DNA of 63,778 nt, filler included, from Octopus bimaculoides (GCF_001194135.2; 8 parts of 8 records of this genome joined end to end with filler, not necessarily neighbours in it), one strand, 5' to 3'. Counted from the whole stretch's first letter, positions 14,205-27,287 are shown. The notes: generated by a model from the letters alone, not told the origin. Numbers and translations: made by a program.

Positions 14205-15408
14205 CGTAAATGTTATGTATGTATATTACATATTGTTTGGCTACAGCATGGCCACATGTGTCAACTCTCATTTCAGCTTAAGCGCTTGTCATTCTATTAA
14301 ACAAAATCTATGGCTCTCGATAAAAAAAGTCGGGTGGGAGGCAATTTAAAATGGACAAGTTTTGCGGCCGAGATTATAGAAACAAAGAAAGTAAAACAGA
14401 AAATAACGTATAAAAAGAAAAACAAAAAAAAACACGACTGAATAAAGAATGAAAGTAAATGACTAAAAAATGACAGAGACGAATGAATGAAGAGAGGGTG
14501 ATGTCGGAAGGAAAAGATGAGGAACATCAGAAACAGATGCAAGCGGAACACAGGAGACTGAGAAGCTTGAGTAGAGAAAGCACAGATTAGTAAGGAAATA
14601 TTGGTAAGTAAAAATGGTGCGGCGATTTCTACTTAGTTTCTACTTACTTGTACATGTATCCTTAGCGCACATACTGCACCCACCACCCACTTCACTTCCG
14701 ACCTTCTTACCCTCTTACTTGACGATGTCTTTAGAGTATCCGTTATATATCGGTTTCTCCTCCTAACCACATGAGCATCAATATAATTTACCTACCTTTG
14801 TATTTATTTATTTTGTTCTTATCTGTCAGCTTTATATAAACGAAGTCCATTGCCCCGGTTGTCTTCAGGGTAGAATACTTAAACATGGACAATCTGAAAT
14901 GGTCGCGTCGAAGAATTGCTCAAAAAACAAAAAAGAAAAGAAAAGAAGAGAAAAGAAAAACAATAACAAAAATGAAACTTATCTGTTTGCTTTACAAAAG
15001 GAAGCCAGGAATGTGTTTTGCCCTCAAAGTATCGACCAGAAAACTGAAGGAAATGTCTGAACTTTGGGTATCGATCCGTTTCGCAGTTATTAAAAACAAT
15101 CGCAAGAGGTTGCTCAAGTTGTTACATGAGCTGAAGGCAATTCGGCTGAACAAAACGCTGACGAAAGAGGCGTTGAATCAGCTTAATATGGAATATACAG
15201 AAAACGGAATACAGGTCAAGTCTAATAGATGTTATGGAGGCACATGGCCTAGTGGATAGGGTATTTGACTCATGATCGTAAGATTGCGGTTTCGCTTCAT
15301 GGACCGGACGATGCTTTGTGTTCTTGTGCAAAACGATTTATTTTATGGTGCTCTACTCTATTCAGCAGGTAAAAATGAGTAACCTGGCGACAAACAAGCC
15401 TCTTGTCC

Positions 15409-15453
<45 letters not shown>

Positions 15454-16197
15454 NNNNNNNNNNNNNNNNNNNNNNNNNNNNNNNNNNNNNNNNNNNNNNN
15501 NNNNNNNNNNNNNNNNNNNNNNNNNNNNNNNNNNNNNNNNNNNNNNNNNNNNNNNNNNNNNNNNNNNNNNNNNNNNNNNNNNNNNNNNNNNNNNNNNNNN
15601 NNNNNNNNNNNNNNNNNNNNNNNNNNNNNNNNNNNNNNNNNNNNNNNNNNNNNNNNNNNNNNNNNNNNNNNNNNNNNNNNNNNNNNNNNNNNNNNNNNNN
15701 NNNNNNNNNNNNNNNNNNNNNNNNNNNNNNNNNNNNNNNNNNNNNNNNNNNNNNNNNNNNNNNNNNNNNNNNNNNNNNNNNNNNNNNNNNNNNNNNNNNN
15801 NNNNNNNNNNNNNNNNNNNNNNNNNNNNNNNNNNNNNNNNNNNNNNNNNNNNNNNNNNNNNNNNNNNNNNNNNNNNNNNNNNNNNNNNNNNNNNNNNNNN
15901 NNNNNNNNNNNNNNNNNNNNNNNNNNNNNNNNNNNNNNNNNNNNNNNNNNNNNNNNNNNNNNNNNNNNNNNNNNNNNNNNNNNNNNNNNNNNNNNNNNNN
16001 NNNNNNNNNNNNNNNNNNNNNNNNNNNNNNNNNNNNNNNNNNNNNNNNNNNNNNNNNNNNNNNNNNNNNNNNNNNNNNNNNNNNNNNNNNNNNNNNNNNN
16101 NNNNNNNNNNNNNNNNNNNNNNNNNNNNNNNNNNNNNNNNNNNNNNNNNNNNNNNNNNNNNNNNNNNNNNATGTATATATGTATGTATATATATGTG

Positions 16198-16246
<49 letters not shown>

Positions 16247-16850
16247 GTATTTATATGTATGCATATGTATATATACGTATGTTAAGGCGGTACTTTTAGT
16301 GGGTGTTACCAAAATATTTCTGCAATTTTATTTTACTTTTCTCCATTTCCCTTCTATTTATATATCTTTTAGTATCATATACGACTACGTATACATAATC
16401 GTATATCATATTATATTATATTGTATTATGTATTGCAAAGAAGCAGATACACAGTTATGTTGATAGATAGATACCTCGATACGTACATAGGTAAATGGCC
16501 AAACAGGGAAAGAGTAAAGGGCGGAAATATTGTAGACTGACAGACAGAGAGACAGATAGATAAACAGATAAACAGATATATAGATAAATAGATAGATAGA
16601 TAGATACTTTGTTTTTACTTTTCATTAAATACGTGATTTTGACAGGTGACACATCATGCTTGTATTTGAAGACAATATGAAGCAGCACTTAGGAAGATTT
16701 TCACTAAAGAAATATGCAATAACTTTTGTGGTAATACACGCGTACATGCTTATGCATTTATATACATATATGCGCGCGCGTGTGTGTGTGTGTGTGTGTG
16801 TGTCTGTGTCTCTGTGTATTTGTGTGTGTATATATATATATATATATATA

Positions 16851-16950
16851 NNNNNNNNNNNNNNNNNNNNNNNNNNNNNNNNNNNNNNNNNNNNTTAATT
16901 AATTAANNNNNNNNNNNNNNNNNNNNNNNNNNNNNNNNNNNNNNNNNNNN
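16851..16950. other. Artificial 100-bp join spacer
   Basis: 44 N + TTAATTAATTAA + 44 N. Confidence 0.95.
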
Positions 16951-16972
16951 TGTTCATATAGAAGTATAACTT

Positions 16973-17020
<48 letters not shown>

Positions 17021-18226
17021 AGATACACACGTACACAAATATATATATGTGTGTGCATTCATACGTGCTCGCACATTTTGTTTGTTTATAAATTCATGTT
17101 AAATATTTTGTCAAAGTATTTCTTCTCTGTGGAGTAAAATAAATAAAATAAAATGTTTCAAAGAAGTAAAAAAAAATAAAAAAACACAACTCTTTAAAAT
17201 ATAAACCAAATAATAAAAATGTGGAAAAAAAAATCAACAACTTTTCATCATATAAACGCTAAATAAACGGGTATTCACTTGAACATGGATGTTTGTTGTG
17301 TTTTCGTTTTTTGTGTGTTTTTTGTTTTTGACCTTCCTTTAATTTTTGTTATTCTCACAATGTTTGGACACCAACAATTAAATATATGGTCAATTATATG
17401 TATCTTATATTTATGTTGATATATATATATGAGAGCTTTGGTTCACTGAGTAAGTGCTGTGGTTTGTTGACCGTTAGGTTCCAAAGTCATATAAATCCAG
17501 GTGGTATTTTGGCAGTATTTTGAATGAGGTCTTCATACTGTAAACGATGGTAGTTTCTCCCACCAAACAACCGTTCTCTCGTCAGTAAGCGCCCTGAAGG
17601 TGGTCCTCTCTTGTGATACAAGAATAAGCATAATGATAACTTCAAGAGCTGTAATATCGGCATCGACTCTTGGGGAGGAAAACTCTGCTGAGAAGCGAAA
17701 AAGACGGTGACGGGCGTCGGGTGTTAAAGCACCTGAAAGTCATGGACAGGTGAGTTAAGCCACCTTTAATGCCATCCAGAAGTGATGGACATTGATGTTT
17801 CGTCATTTTTGTGGCTTATCAACATCATCAAATGCCCCGACGCTTTGAGAGAGTGTTCTCCACCACGCCACACACACACAGCCTCCCGCCAAATGCACAG
17901 AAGCTAGACGTGGAGCATATGTGGTTGATAGTGTTCATTACAGGAGCACTTGAATTTGTTTATTACGTATATATGTAAGAATACATATCGTCAGAATTTC
18001 TGTCGCAGCGAGCGGCAGCCTCGTGCGTTGGCACTCACCATCAAAGTCTGACAAGTCTGAACGCACGAAACTGCCGGCCTTTGAGTCTCTTTGTCTCTTT
18101 GTCACCATTAAATTATCAAATATATGTTTACGCTTGTTATGAGTTCTACTTTTATTACAAATGTACTGCCAAAACTGCCAACTCAATCAACCCACCCACC
18201 CATCCACCTACTTATATATACATACA

Positions 18227-18267
<41 letters not shown>

Positions 18268-18335
18268 TAATAAAAAACGAAGAAAAAAGACAAGAAAAAA
18301 CAACGCGAAGACGTGGTACATACATATGTAAGTGG

Positions 18336-18367
<32 letters not shown>

Positions 18368-18944
18368 GTATATATACATATGTATATATATGTATATATA
18401 CATACACACACACAGAGACATACATACATACATACATACATACATACATACAGAGAGAGAGAGATTGAGAGAGAGAGGGAGGGAGGGAGAGTGATAGAGA
18501 AAGAGAGACAGACCGACAGACATATTTTTAAGCCCTTTGTATATTTTTGTTAAAGTGGAAAAAAAATATATATATCTGCATAATTAGTTTCTGTTGAAAT
18601 AAAAGGGAACAATCGTAATAGAAGCGAGAGAGAGAGTGTGTGTTTCGTAGCATAAAAGTGTAATTTATTGAACATCAGCTGTTGCACGGCATTGTTTTGC
18701 GAAAGAAGAGTTATTTAGTTTCAACCTAAGCGACCAACGAAATCCTTCCGTTCGCACACACAACAGCATCAACACCACACATGCACAGCCAAACAGAGGC
18801 GGGCGAGCAGCGGTGGCGGGTGGCGAGAGGCATACGTACACATATTGATTGTTTATCGATTGATTAGTAATTAGTGTAACAGCATGGGTTTCAAGTATCT
18901 ACAAAACCTTTGAAGCCAAAGAAAGATTATTAAATAATACATAC

Positions 18945-18977
<33 letters not shown>

Positions 18978-19289
18978 CACACATGAATACATACACACAC
19001 ACACACTCACTCATATANNNNNNNNNNNNNNNNNNNNNNNNNNNNNNNNNNNNNNNNNNNNNNTATATATAACTTCCTTTTGTTTCAAATGTTTTGCGGA
19101 TGTTTAAGTACATGGATATATAAATGTATATATCTACATATATATACATGTATATACATATACACACGTGTACACGCAAACACGTACACTCACGCACACG
19201 TGCAGCACCCTCTAAATACACACGCACACGCACACACAATTTCATTTTATACTTCAACATAAAAAAAACAGCGTCGCTGGATACAATTT

Positions 19290-19452
19290 TCCCAGTCACA
19301 GGTGTAGCATGTGTAAGGGGTGGCACGGTGGGCAATTCTCTTTTTATGGGAATGGCACTTTTGGGTCTGCTGTATAAACCTGTACAGGGGGCGGCAGGGA
19401 AGAGCAAAGTCCAGAGCTGTCACGGGTGGCACGCCCTCTAGCTGTGCCATTG
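19290..19452. mobile_element. Degenerate hAT-like MITE; second copy at about 60255-60460
   Basis: Both loci share ttttatg..tggcacttttg..tctgctg..gggtggcac..ctctagct(a/g)tgcc; ends resemble CAGGGGCGTAGCTAG-type TIRs; no TSD seen. Confidence 0.4.
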
Positions 19453-20299
19453 ATAACAAACTAAATAGTTGACAATATTTCTGACCTCAAGAATAACAAG
19501 GAAGTGTTGCAGCGTTCGTATATCGATGGACTTCATCCGAGAAGAATCGGTTTTTCGCAAGATTTCTGTCATTTGCCTATTTATATTTCATTGACGAAAT
19601 GTATAAACATGCATACAAGCATAAGCGAAGTTTTGAAATAGCTGTCCTTCGAAATCCCAAAGCATATGGGAAAAGAAAACGGTACGAAATTGCGAAAAAG
19701 GCGAAAATTGAAATTTTTGGAAAAAATTTTCAGGTTTGTATTTTTGCATGAATGACAGGAATTAGTTGGGAAATAAATCTGTCGTCTTTCTTTCCAATCA
19801 TGGATGAGATTTCGAAAGACATCTACATCAAAACTCTACCTAAACATGTGTACAATCTCTACACACATACAATAAACACATTCCTTCATTTATTCACGAT
19901 GATTGCTTTATCCTCTCAAGTGATTGCCGTCCAACATTCCTCTTGATTCTTCTGACTTTCTCCCTTACATGTTTGTCGATATGACTTCTCATCTCACACA
20001 TCCTTTACCTTAGAGCTTTATAAAATACAAAACGGATCAAGAAATGAAATGAAAGTGAGACATCTGTAGGTCTTTGGATTTAAATAGCTAAAAAGCTTGA
20101 CCAGCATTTTTGTCAGTCTCTCAGTCGCCAAATTAGGTTCCACTGACAACAAGCATTGCAAGATGGCGGCTATTATTTTGACTGCAGGTTTTATATCTGG
20201 GTATCTTTCTCCCAGAAGAGCTGCCTTCCCATGGCTTTTCTCCAAAATAATGGAAGCCTCGCCTATCTCTGGAAAATTTGTTTAACTCATTGGCGGGAT

Positions 20300-20615
20300 C
20301 TCATATCAAGATAAACAGCGCATGACCTCGCAGATGGGGTCCAGTTAGAATTTTCTTCAGGTCGAGAAGCCCATCCTGCTCAAATGATCTCTGAATAAAA
20401 TTGGTTTAAGGATGATGAACGAAACACTCATGTTTCCAGAAGTGAATTATTCAAACCCCAAAGAATTCCTCTCAGCACATGGCTATGATAATATGCCCCC
20501 ACTACTTCTGCTCGTGATCAGAGATGTACATATCGTCAGCCACCAAGGGACACGCTCAACTGGTTAAAGTCAAACAACTGACAAGCAAATCTATGGTACT
20601 GAGCAGAATATTTGT
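20300..20615. repeat. Interspersed repeat shared in inverted orientation with 63070-63390
   Basis: ctcgtgatcagagatgtacatat(c/t)gtcagcc..gtactgagcagaatatttg occurs at both sites. Confidence 0.7.
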
Positions 20616-20715
20616 TGTAGCCCATCTTTTTATACCAAAACAAAACAATGTCCATGATAAGACTTCCAATCAGTTAAGACCAGAAGCCATGATAGCCATT
20701 GCCTGGTACTGCATC

Positions 20716-20947
<232 letters not shown>

Positions 20948-21260
20948 ATATACTATGATTGAGACACTCTAATTACACGAAGAGATCAGGTGACACAGAT
21001 AGATATATGAATAAGTTAATATTTATTTACATAATAATAATAAAGCACATAGATTATGAATATATTTCATTAAAGTGGAAACATAAATTTACATAATTAG
21101 AATGTGCTGAAGTGAACGAGAAACTTGTAAATGTAAAGACCATCGATGAATATTTGGGAGAAGAAGAAGTTTTCCAGTTCAGCTGTTACTACATCGTTGT
21201 TTTGTAAAATATTAGGTATTTAGTTTCCCAATAAGCAAACAATACAAACACACCACACGC

Positions 21261-21305
<45 letters not shown>

Positions 21306-21464
21306 CACACGTACTCACTTATACACATATATCCAGAGTAATCGTTAATCATTGATTAGTAATTAGCATTAATATCAGTTTGGGAAACATCTACAACACT
21401 TAATGTAACAAAACAATGCACAGGTCTATCTATATGTCTGTCTGTCTGCCTGTTTGTCTGTCTG

Positions 21465-21532
<68 letters not shown>

Positions 21533-21959
21533 GTTGAAATTTACAGAGAAACAAAAGACGAAGACAGGTGTATGAACACCAAGCAGGTGTATCAGTTTAA
21601 CGATCGGGAAAGTGAGAAAGTGTTTTACGTTTCGAGCCTTCGATCTTCATACTGGCACTCCGTCGGTTACGACGACGAGGGTTGCAGTTGATCCGATCAA
21701 CAGAACAGTCTGCTCGTGAAATTAACTTGGACGTGGCTGCGCATTCCACAGATACATAGTTTTCAGGGAGATTCAGTGTGACACAGAATGTAATTAAGCT
21801 CCCGCGTAAATGGACGTAAATAGACATATTTCTAACTACAGAAATCAATCCAAAGGATAAAAATAAATCGTTTCAAAACGAATCTATATTTTAATATACC
21901 ATATTTTCTTAAATAATGCAAGAAATTTTATAAAAATATACCATGAGTAAAATCGGTGG

Positions 21960-22790
21960 CAGAGAGTTAACCTTATTAGAGCCAAATGTAACTTTAAATA
22001 GTGAACTCCACTATTTGTACAGAAAGCCGAATGAATTGCTAGACTATATCAATAAAGTGTCTAACCATCCAAAATCTAAAATTAAATAATTTGTTAAGCA
22101 TATATCCCTTAAATACATTAATGAATGAACAAAGTTACTTGAACTATAATGAAACCGTGCATAGAAATCAATTTTAGGATAAAACTTCGTATATTCCAGC
22201 ATCTAGGAATTCGAGGTCTAGGAATTTTGGTAGAGTCCTTCTCATAATTCTGATATTGCTACTCCTAATGCTGAGATGTTCTTCCTTTATTCAGTAAGCA
22301 TTCCTCTTCCTCCCCTCACACTCAAAACAAATACCACAAAATATTTAATATAAATACTGTAGAACAAATTAAAACACCTAGATGAATTATAGAAGATTTT
22401 GTAGCAGTAATAATTGTAACTGTATGAACCTTATTAATTGTTCCATAAACGCCAATTAATTAACTGTGGAAATTGTCAATAAATGTTTAATGAGAACTAA
22501 TACTTTACTTAAGACATATATTGGTTCAAGCACAAATAAAGTCCGGAACTACCAGTATATAGAAACCTTTACGAACCCTGTTATACGAAATGCTAAACCA
22601 TTCTCTGGATATTTACGTCAGCTGAAAACCTGACGCCGTCATCATGATTTGAAATAAAGTATTCTACGAGTAACAGAATAGATGGAGATTCTATTTACAA
22701 AGGTCTCTTTCATAAATAAGAATCCAGAAATCATTGTAGGTGACCCTAAAAAATATACGACAAATACATTTATTATTATCAGCGAATTTT
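21960..22790 (+). mobile_element. Decayed Penelope-like element ORF (RT thumb, Cys-rich linker, GIY-YIG endonuclease)
   Basis: NVTLNSELHYLYRKPNELLDYINKVSNHPKS matches the PLE YRKP..Y....SNHP motif. CNCMNLINCSINAN*LTVEIVNKC..KTYIGSSTN..RNAKPFSGYLRQLK matches CNC...CP..G.CL...VY.C..KTYIG. In-frame stops are present. Confidence 0.75.
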
Positions 22791-23250
22791 GTACCCGGTA
22801 AGTCTATTACATCTACATTTTTATTGTTTGCTGCTTAAAGCGTCACATTGTATAATTTCGTAATAATTACTCCGACTTCCTATTCTTACCGCTTCGGTTT
22901 TGTACTCTTAATACAAAAGGTAAAATTTTACTGTTTCAACAATACCTGGGATGGTTCACTTTAATACCTTCTCTCTCTCTTTCTTTTTTTTTTTTTTAAT
23001 ATTTCGTTCTTCAAGTTCAACGGATAATTATGTCTAGTTTTACAGCAGGTTTATCGAAATATTATTATTGCTATTGTTGTTGTTGTTGTTGGTGTTATTA
23101 TTATTATTATTATTGTTGTTGTTGTTGTTATTATTATCATTAATAATAATAATAATGGTGGTGGTTTAGAATACTGTTTCATTATGTGTTACTCAAGTGG
23201 ATCTTGATTCTCGCCACAAAATTACAATCTCTCTCTCTCTCTCTCTCTCT

Positions 23251-23350
23251 NNNNNNNNNNNNNNNNNNNNNNNNNNNNNNNNNNNNNNNNNNNNTTAATT
23301 AATTAANNNNNNNNNNNNNNNNNNNNNNNNNNNNNNNNNNNNNNNNNNNN
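23251..23350. other. Artificial 100-bp join spacer
   Basis: 44 N + TTAATTAATTAA + 44 N. Confidence 0.95.
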
Positions 23351-23590
23351 GCTCTGGCAGGGGATGGTGGCGAACCCTGCTGTACTCTTTCACCACAACT
23401 TTCTCTCACTCTTACTTTCTGTTGTGCCTGTAATTCAAAGGGTCAGCCTCGTCACACTGTGTCATGCTGAATATCCCCAAGAACTACGTTAAGGGTACAC
23501 ATGTCTGTGGAGTGCTCAGCCACTTGCACGTTAATTTCACGAGCAGGCTGTTCCGTTGGTCAGATCAACTGGAACCCTCGACGTATTGTG

Positions 23591-24063
23591 TTGGGACAAA
23601 GCTGTGTTTAGTTTTAATTTCTTTGGTTCCACGACTCGATAGATCCTACCATACATCTCCATTGCCCTCACCCACATGCACAAGGATTTTGCGGCACCGG
23701 ACACACGACCAATAATATCAGGAGTGAAGTCTGCTTGGGAAACGTATTTACCAATTTTATTCAACACACGATCGCTGATGTTATCTTTGTCGAAGTTTAC
23801 CAACATATTGTGTGTGTATGATCATCATCATGATTTAACGTCTGCTTTCCATGCTAGCATGGGTTGGACGATTTGACTGAGGACTGGTGAAGCCAGATGG
23901 CAACACCAGGCTCCAATCTGATTTGGCAGAGTTTCTACAGCTGGATGCCCTTCCTAACGCCAACCACTCTGAGAGTGTAGTGGGTGCTTTTACGTGTCAC
24001 CCGCACGAAGGCCAGTTGAATAAACATTGTTGAATAAACTACGCATTCAGTTTTATGTACATC
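23591..24063 (-). pseudogene. Inverted partial copy of DNAH2 intron E-F (30007-30261) and exon F (from 30491)
   Basis: 23809-24063 is the reverse complement of 30007-30261. 23629-23803 is the reverse complement of 30491-30665. No mismatches seen by eye. The copy extends 38 nt further (EPKKLKLNTALSQ). It has no splice acceptor. Confidence 0.9.
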
Positions 24064-24145
24064 CATATTGTGGATGGTCAATGTCTAATATTTGTCCATT
24101 TTTTTTTTTTTTGATACTTTGTATTGATTTTATTTGCTTGTGTAG

Positions 24146-24285
24146 GTGAAGAATGCCCTGTCAGATTTGGCCAAAAAAGAAGGTTTGGAAGACACTCCTC
24201 AAAGTATTTTTGCTTTCCTCATTGACCGAGTACGTACCAACCTCCATGTGGTGATGTGTATGAGTCCTGTAGGAGAACCATTCCG
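24146..24285 (+). CDS. DNAH2: Dynein axonemal heavy chain 2, internal exon A (end of AAA4 region)
   Basis: tgtag| acceptor and |gtaag donor; VKNALSDLAKKEGLEDTPQSIFAFLIDRVRTNLHVVMCMSPVGEPF(R) matches the dynein RVxxNLHxVLCxSPxGxxFR motif; 140 nt, phase 0 to 2. Confidence 0.93.
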
Positions 24286-24609
24286 GTAAGGATTCTTCAA
24301 GGGAACACTTTCATTCTTTTTCATTTTTATGTTCACTTGGAAGTTCAATATTTTGTATACATGAGTGATTCTCAACCAAAGTCCGTATAACCCTTGAGGG
24401 TCTGTATAAGATTTTGTTCTTAAAACTTATCTGCAATAAATTGGTTGTACTTCTGCAATGCACTAAATATTTTAACGATTTTTTTAATACAATTCGTCAT
24501 CTTCATCATCATCATTTAACATCTGTTCTACATGCTGGCATGGGTTGGAAGGTTTGACAGGGGCTGGAAAGCCAGAAGATTGCACCAGGCTTCCTTGTCT
24601 ATTTTGGCA

Positions 24610-25098
24610 TTGATTACTCATTGCTGACCCTCTTTAATACTCATTATTTAATACTAACTGCTGAGCCTGTGCAATACTGTTTGTTGATTACTCAATGCTG
24701 AGCCACTTCATTACTCATCATTGAATGCTCATTGCTGATCCATTGTAATACTAAACATTGATTACTCATTGCTGAACCCCTCCAATGCCCATTACTTAAC
24801 AGTCATTGCTGAGCCAGCCCAATACTCATTTAGTATTCATTGCTGAGTCACTGTAATATTCATCATTGAATGCTCATTGCTGAGCCACTGTGATGCTGAT
24901 TGTTGATTGCTGAACCACTACAATACTTATTATTCAATACTCATTGCTGAGCCAGTGCAATACTCATTTAGTAATCACTGTTGTGCCTCTATAATACACA
25001 TCGTTGAATACTCATTACTGACCAACTGTAATACTTTTATTGAATACTCTTCAGTGATACTCATCCTTGAATAGTCACTGCCAAACCATTAATACTTA
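24610..25098. repeat. Degenerate minisatellite, about 14 units of about 37 bp
   Basis: Consensus is approximately ttgaatactcattgctgagccactgtaatactcatca. Confidence 0.85.
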
Positions 25099-25556
25099 GA
25101 AATTTTCAATGCCGCCAAGCAGTTCTTCCCATCTTCTAGCTCCACATCTCAAAGAATCTATTAAAAATATAGAACTGGATGTAACTCTGAAAAGTTAACT
25201 AAGAATAAACTGGAATCTCCAAGGGGGCAGGGATGGTTCTTGGAAGGTACAAATGCTCTAAAAGAAAGAAGCATGACAGAGAAGATGGAATAGTCCGACA
25301 GTCCAGTGACCCTGGGAAAATAGTTTGATGTTGAAGTTTCAACAGCCTACCCACACTGATTTAAGTGAACAAATATGTTTTATTTCTTTACTACCCACAA
25401 GGGGCTACACACAGAGGGGACAAACAAGAGTTGACCTCGGCGGAATTTGAACTCGGAACATAGCGGCAGACGAAATACTGCTAAGCATTTCGCCCGCCGT
25501 GCTAACGTTTCTGCCAGCTCACCGCCTTAAATATGTTTCATCTCTTTTATTTGCAG

Positions 25557-25689
25557 GAATCGCATTCGAATGTACCCAGCTTTTGTCAATTGTACAACGA
25601 TTGATTGGTTTAGCCACTGGCCACAAGATGCCCTTTTAGAAGTTGCTGACAAATACCTCGTTGATATGAAAACTTCAAACGAAGAAGAG
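25557..25689 (+). CDS. DNAH2: DNAH2 internal exon B
   Basis: ttgcag| and |gttagt; NRIRMYPAFVNCTTIDWFSHWPQDALLEVADKYLVDMKTSNEEE (dynein YPALVNCTTIDWF..WP motif); 133 nt, phase 2 to 0. Confidence 0.95.
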
Positions 25690-25749
25690 GTTAGTGCTCC
25701 ATTTATTTACTCAGAGACTGAGTTGATTGGTGGCATTTAGTAGTCAAAT

Positions 25750-26173
25750 ACCTTATAGTATTCAAACTGGCATATCAGGCCCAGATATTTTGTTTTATGG
25801 TCAAATTGATCTGATCAGGCCTCTCACTCTACAATGTCATTCTAAAAATAAATAATCACATTATTAAAAACCTCAAAGTTATAAGATAATGTGTGATTAA
25901 TTTAAATTAATGTGGATAAATAAGAATTACATTTGACAGGGTAATATGAATGCTAAAGGGTTAAACCAGCCATGTCTGGCTCAAATATTCTACTTGTTTT
26001 ATGTTTAAACTGACCAGATCTCACTCCTTGCACTTACCCTACAATGTCATTCTAAGAATAAACAATCACATCATTGAAATCTCAAAGCTATAAGATAATG
26101 CAGGATTAACTTAAAGCTATGTGAATAAAGAAGCATTACATTTGACAGAATAATCTGATGGCTTAAAGGATTA
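25750..26173. mobile_element. Two tandem copies of the piggyBac-like MITE
   Basis: Both carry ctacaatgtcattcta...tacatttgacag..gctaaagggttaa. Confidence 0.65.
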
Positions 26174-26589
26174 AATGAATCTGATTGAAATATGAGGTGT
26201 CAAGGAAGCATTTCTGCTCAACCTGTTAGAACAAGCAGCCACATTTTTCCTCAAATCATACTTTGGTATCTTAACAAAAGAGAACTTATATTAGATCAGT
26301 GGTCACCAACCTTTTTTGCACCATGGGCCAGTTTCATGCAAGACAGTTTTTTTTCACAGATCAGGGAATCATGCACAGAACAAAATACAATAAAGAGCAT
26401 AATATATGATTTTTACACATCTATTTAGCCTAGAAAAATGATGATTAACAAATCATCGATGGTGCAAATAGCTGGTGAGTTGGATAAAAATTCATTATTT
26501 GCAATGGAAGTAGTATATTTGCTCAAGGAAGCAGAAATCTGAGTTAGCAATTCCACCACCACTGTTGGATGCTTTCCATATGCTACTGA

Positions 26590-26980
26590 TATACTTCCCT
26601 GCAGATGGTTGGTATTCTGGGAAGGAAGGAAGGACATAGGCAACCCTTTTCAAGAAGCGGACCACATGAGATATGACTCGTCATCAAATGAACCAGGCTA
26701 CCAAAAAAATAATTCAAAGTAATTTTTTTTTTGTTTGGTGGGCCATTCAGGAAGTTCCATGGGTCACAGTTTGTCTTTGACTGGTTTTGTGTGAGGGCCT
26801 TTGAGTATGGATTTTGTGCACCAATTCAGAAGGACAGTGGTTATTGTAATAGCAGTAGTGATAGAGGAAGTGAGGGGTGATACATCTGTGAGTAACATGG
26901 ATTGTAGTTGGATAGAGATGGCCTTCTGTTATAGAAGTGATTCATTGTGAATCAGCTGGGTGACCTTCTTTTAGAAAGTG
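26590..26980 (-). mobile_element. CR1/L2-type LINE reverse transcriptase C-terminal fossil
   Basis: Frameshifted KKVTQLI..LQSM..DVSPL / LYHYCYYNNHCPSELV / SFLPR resembles the LQPL.HRRDVASL.LFYRYY.G.CS.EL...SFFPRT tail of CR1/L2 ORF2. Confidence 0.55.
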
Positions 26981-27287
26981 ATTTAACTATTTCTATACCA
27001 CCCCACCTGAGACCACCCTTGACTCTGTGACACAAAGATTTGAAGCAACCCAAATTAATAATGACAAAAATGTTATATAATTTCTTCATTATTTTCACAA
27101 TTAATTTAGATAAAGGCAGTATATTTTAACAGAAATATGGTAACGAAAGGGTGAAAAATGACAAAGTTATTTCACTTTCACTAAATTCTTTGTTATTTTC
27201 AAAATTAATTGAAGCAAAGGTAATGTATTCCAACAGAAATTTGGTAACAAAAATGTTAAAGGATCCAACAATCTTCTCTTTCTACAG

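Noticed and set aside
14885-15259. 124-aa basic ORF (MDNLKWSRRR...)
   Set aside because: It starts in an A-rich low-complexity tract, ends inside a SINE head and has no recognisable motif
16895-16906. TTAATTAATTAA as a biological motif
   Set aside because: It is always centred in exactly 44+44 N, so it is an assembly spacer
17430-18110. CpG-rich segment with splice-like sites on both strands (cag|gtgagt at 17749; tg|gtgagt near 18039) and a 58-aa minus-strand ORF with a hydrophobic start
   Set aside because: No single consistent gene model or recognisable protein; it could be UTR or promoter sequence but this is unsupported without transcripts
707-19407. Many long ORFs in the track ([12 protein letters not shown], poly-L/V/S/T/I, X-runs)
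   Set aside because: They are translations of microsatellites and N gaps, with no splice or homology support
23537-23806. A second dynein gene on the minus strand
   Set aside because: It is identical to exon F, lacks an acceptor and donor, and runs into a SINE; treated as an inverted fragment
24610-25098. Regular 37-bp periodicity resembling a CRISPR array
   Set aside because: Units are contiguous and degenerate, with no unique spacers, no cas genes and a eukaryotic intron context
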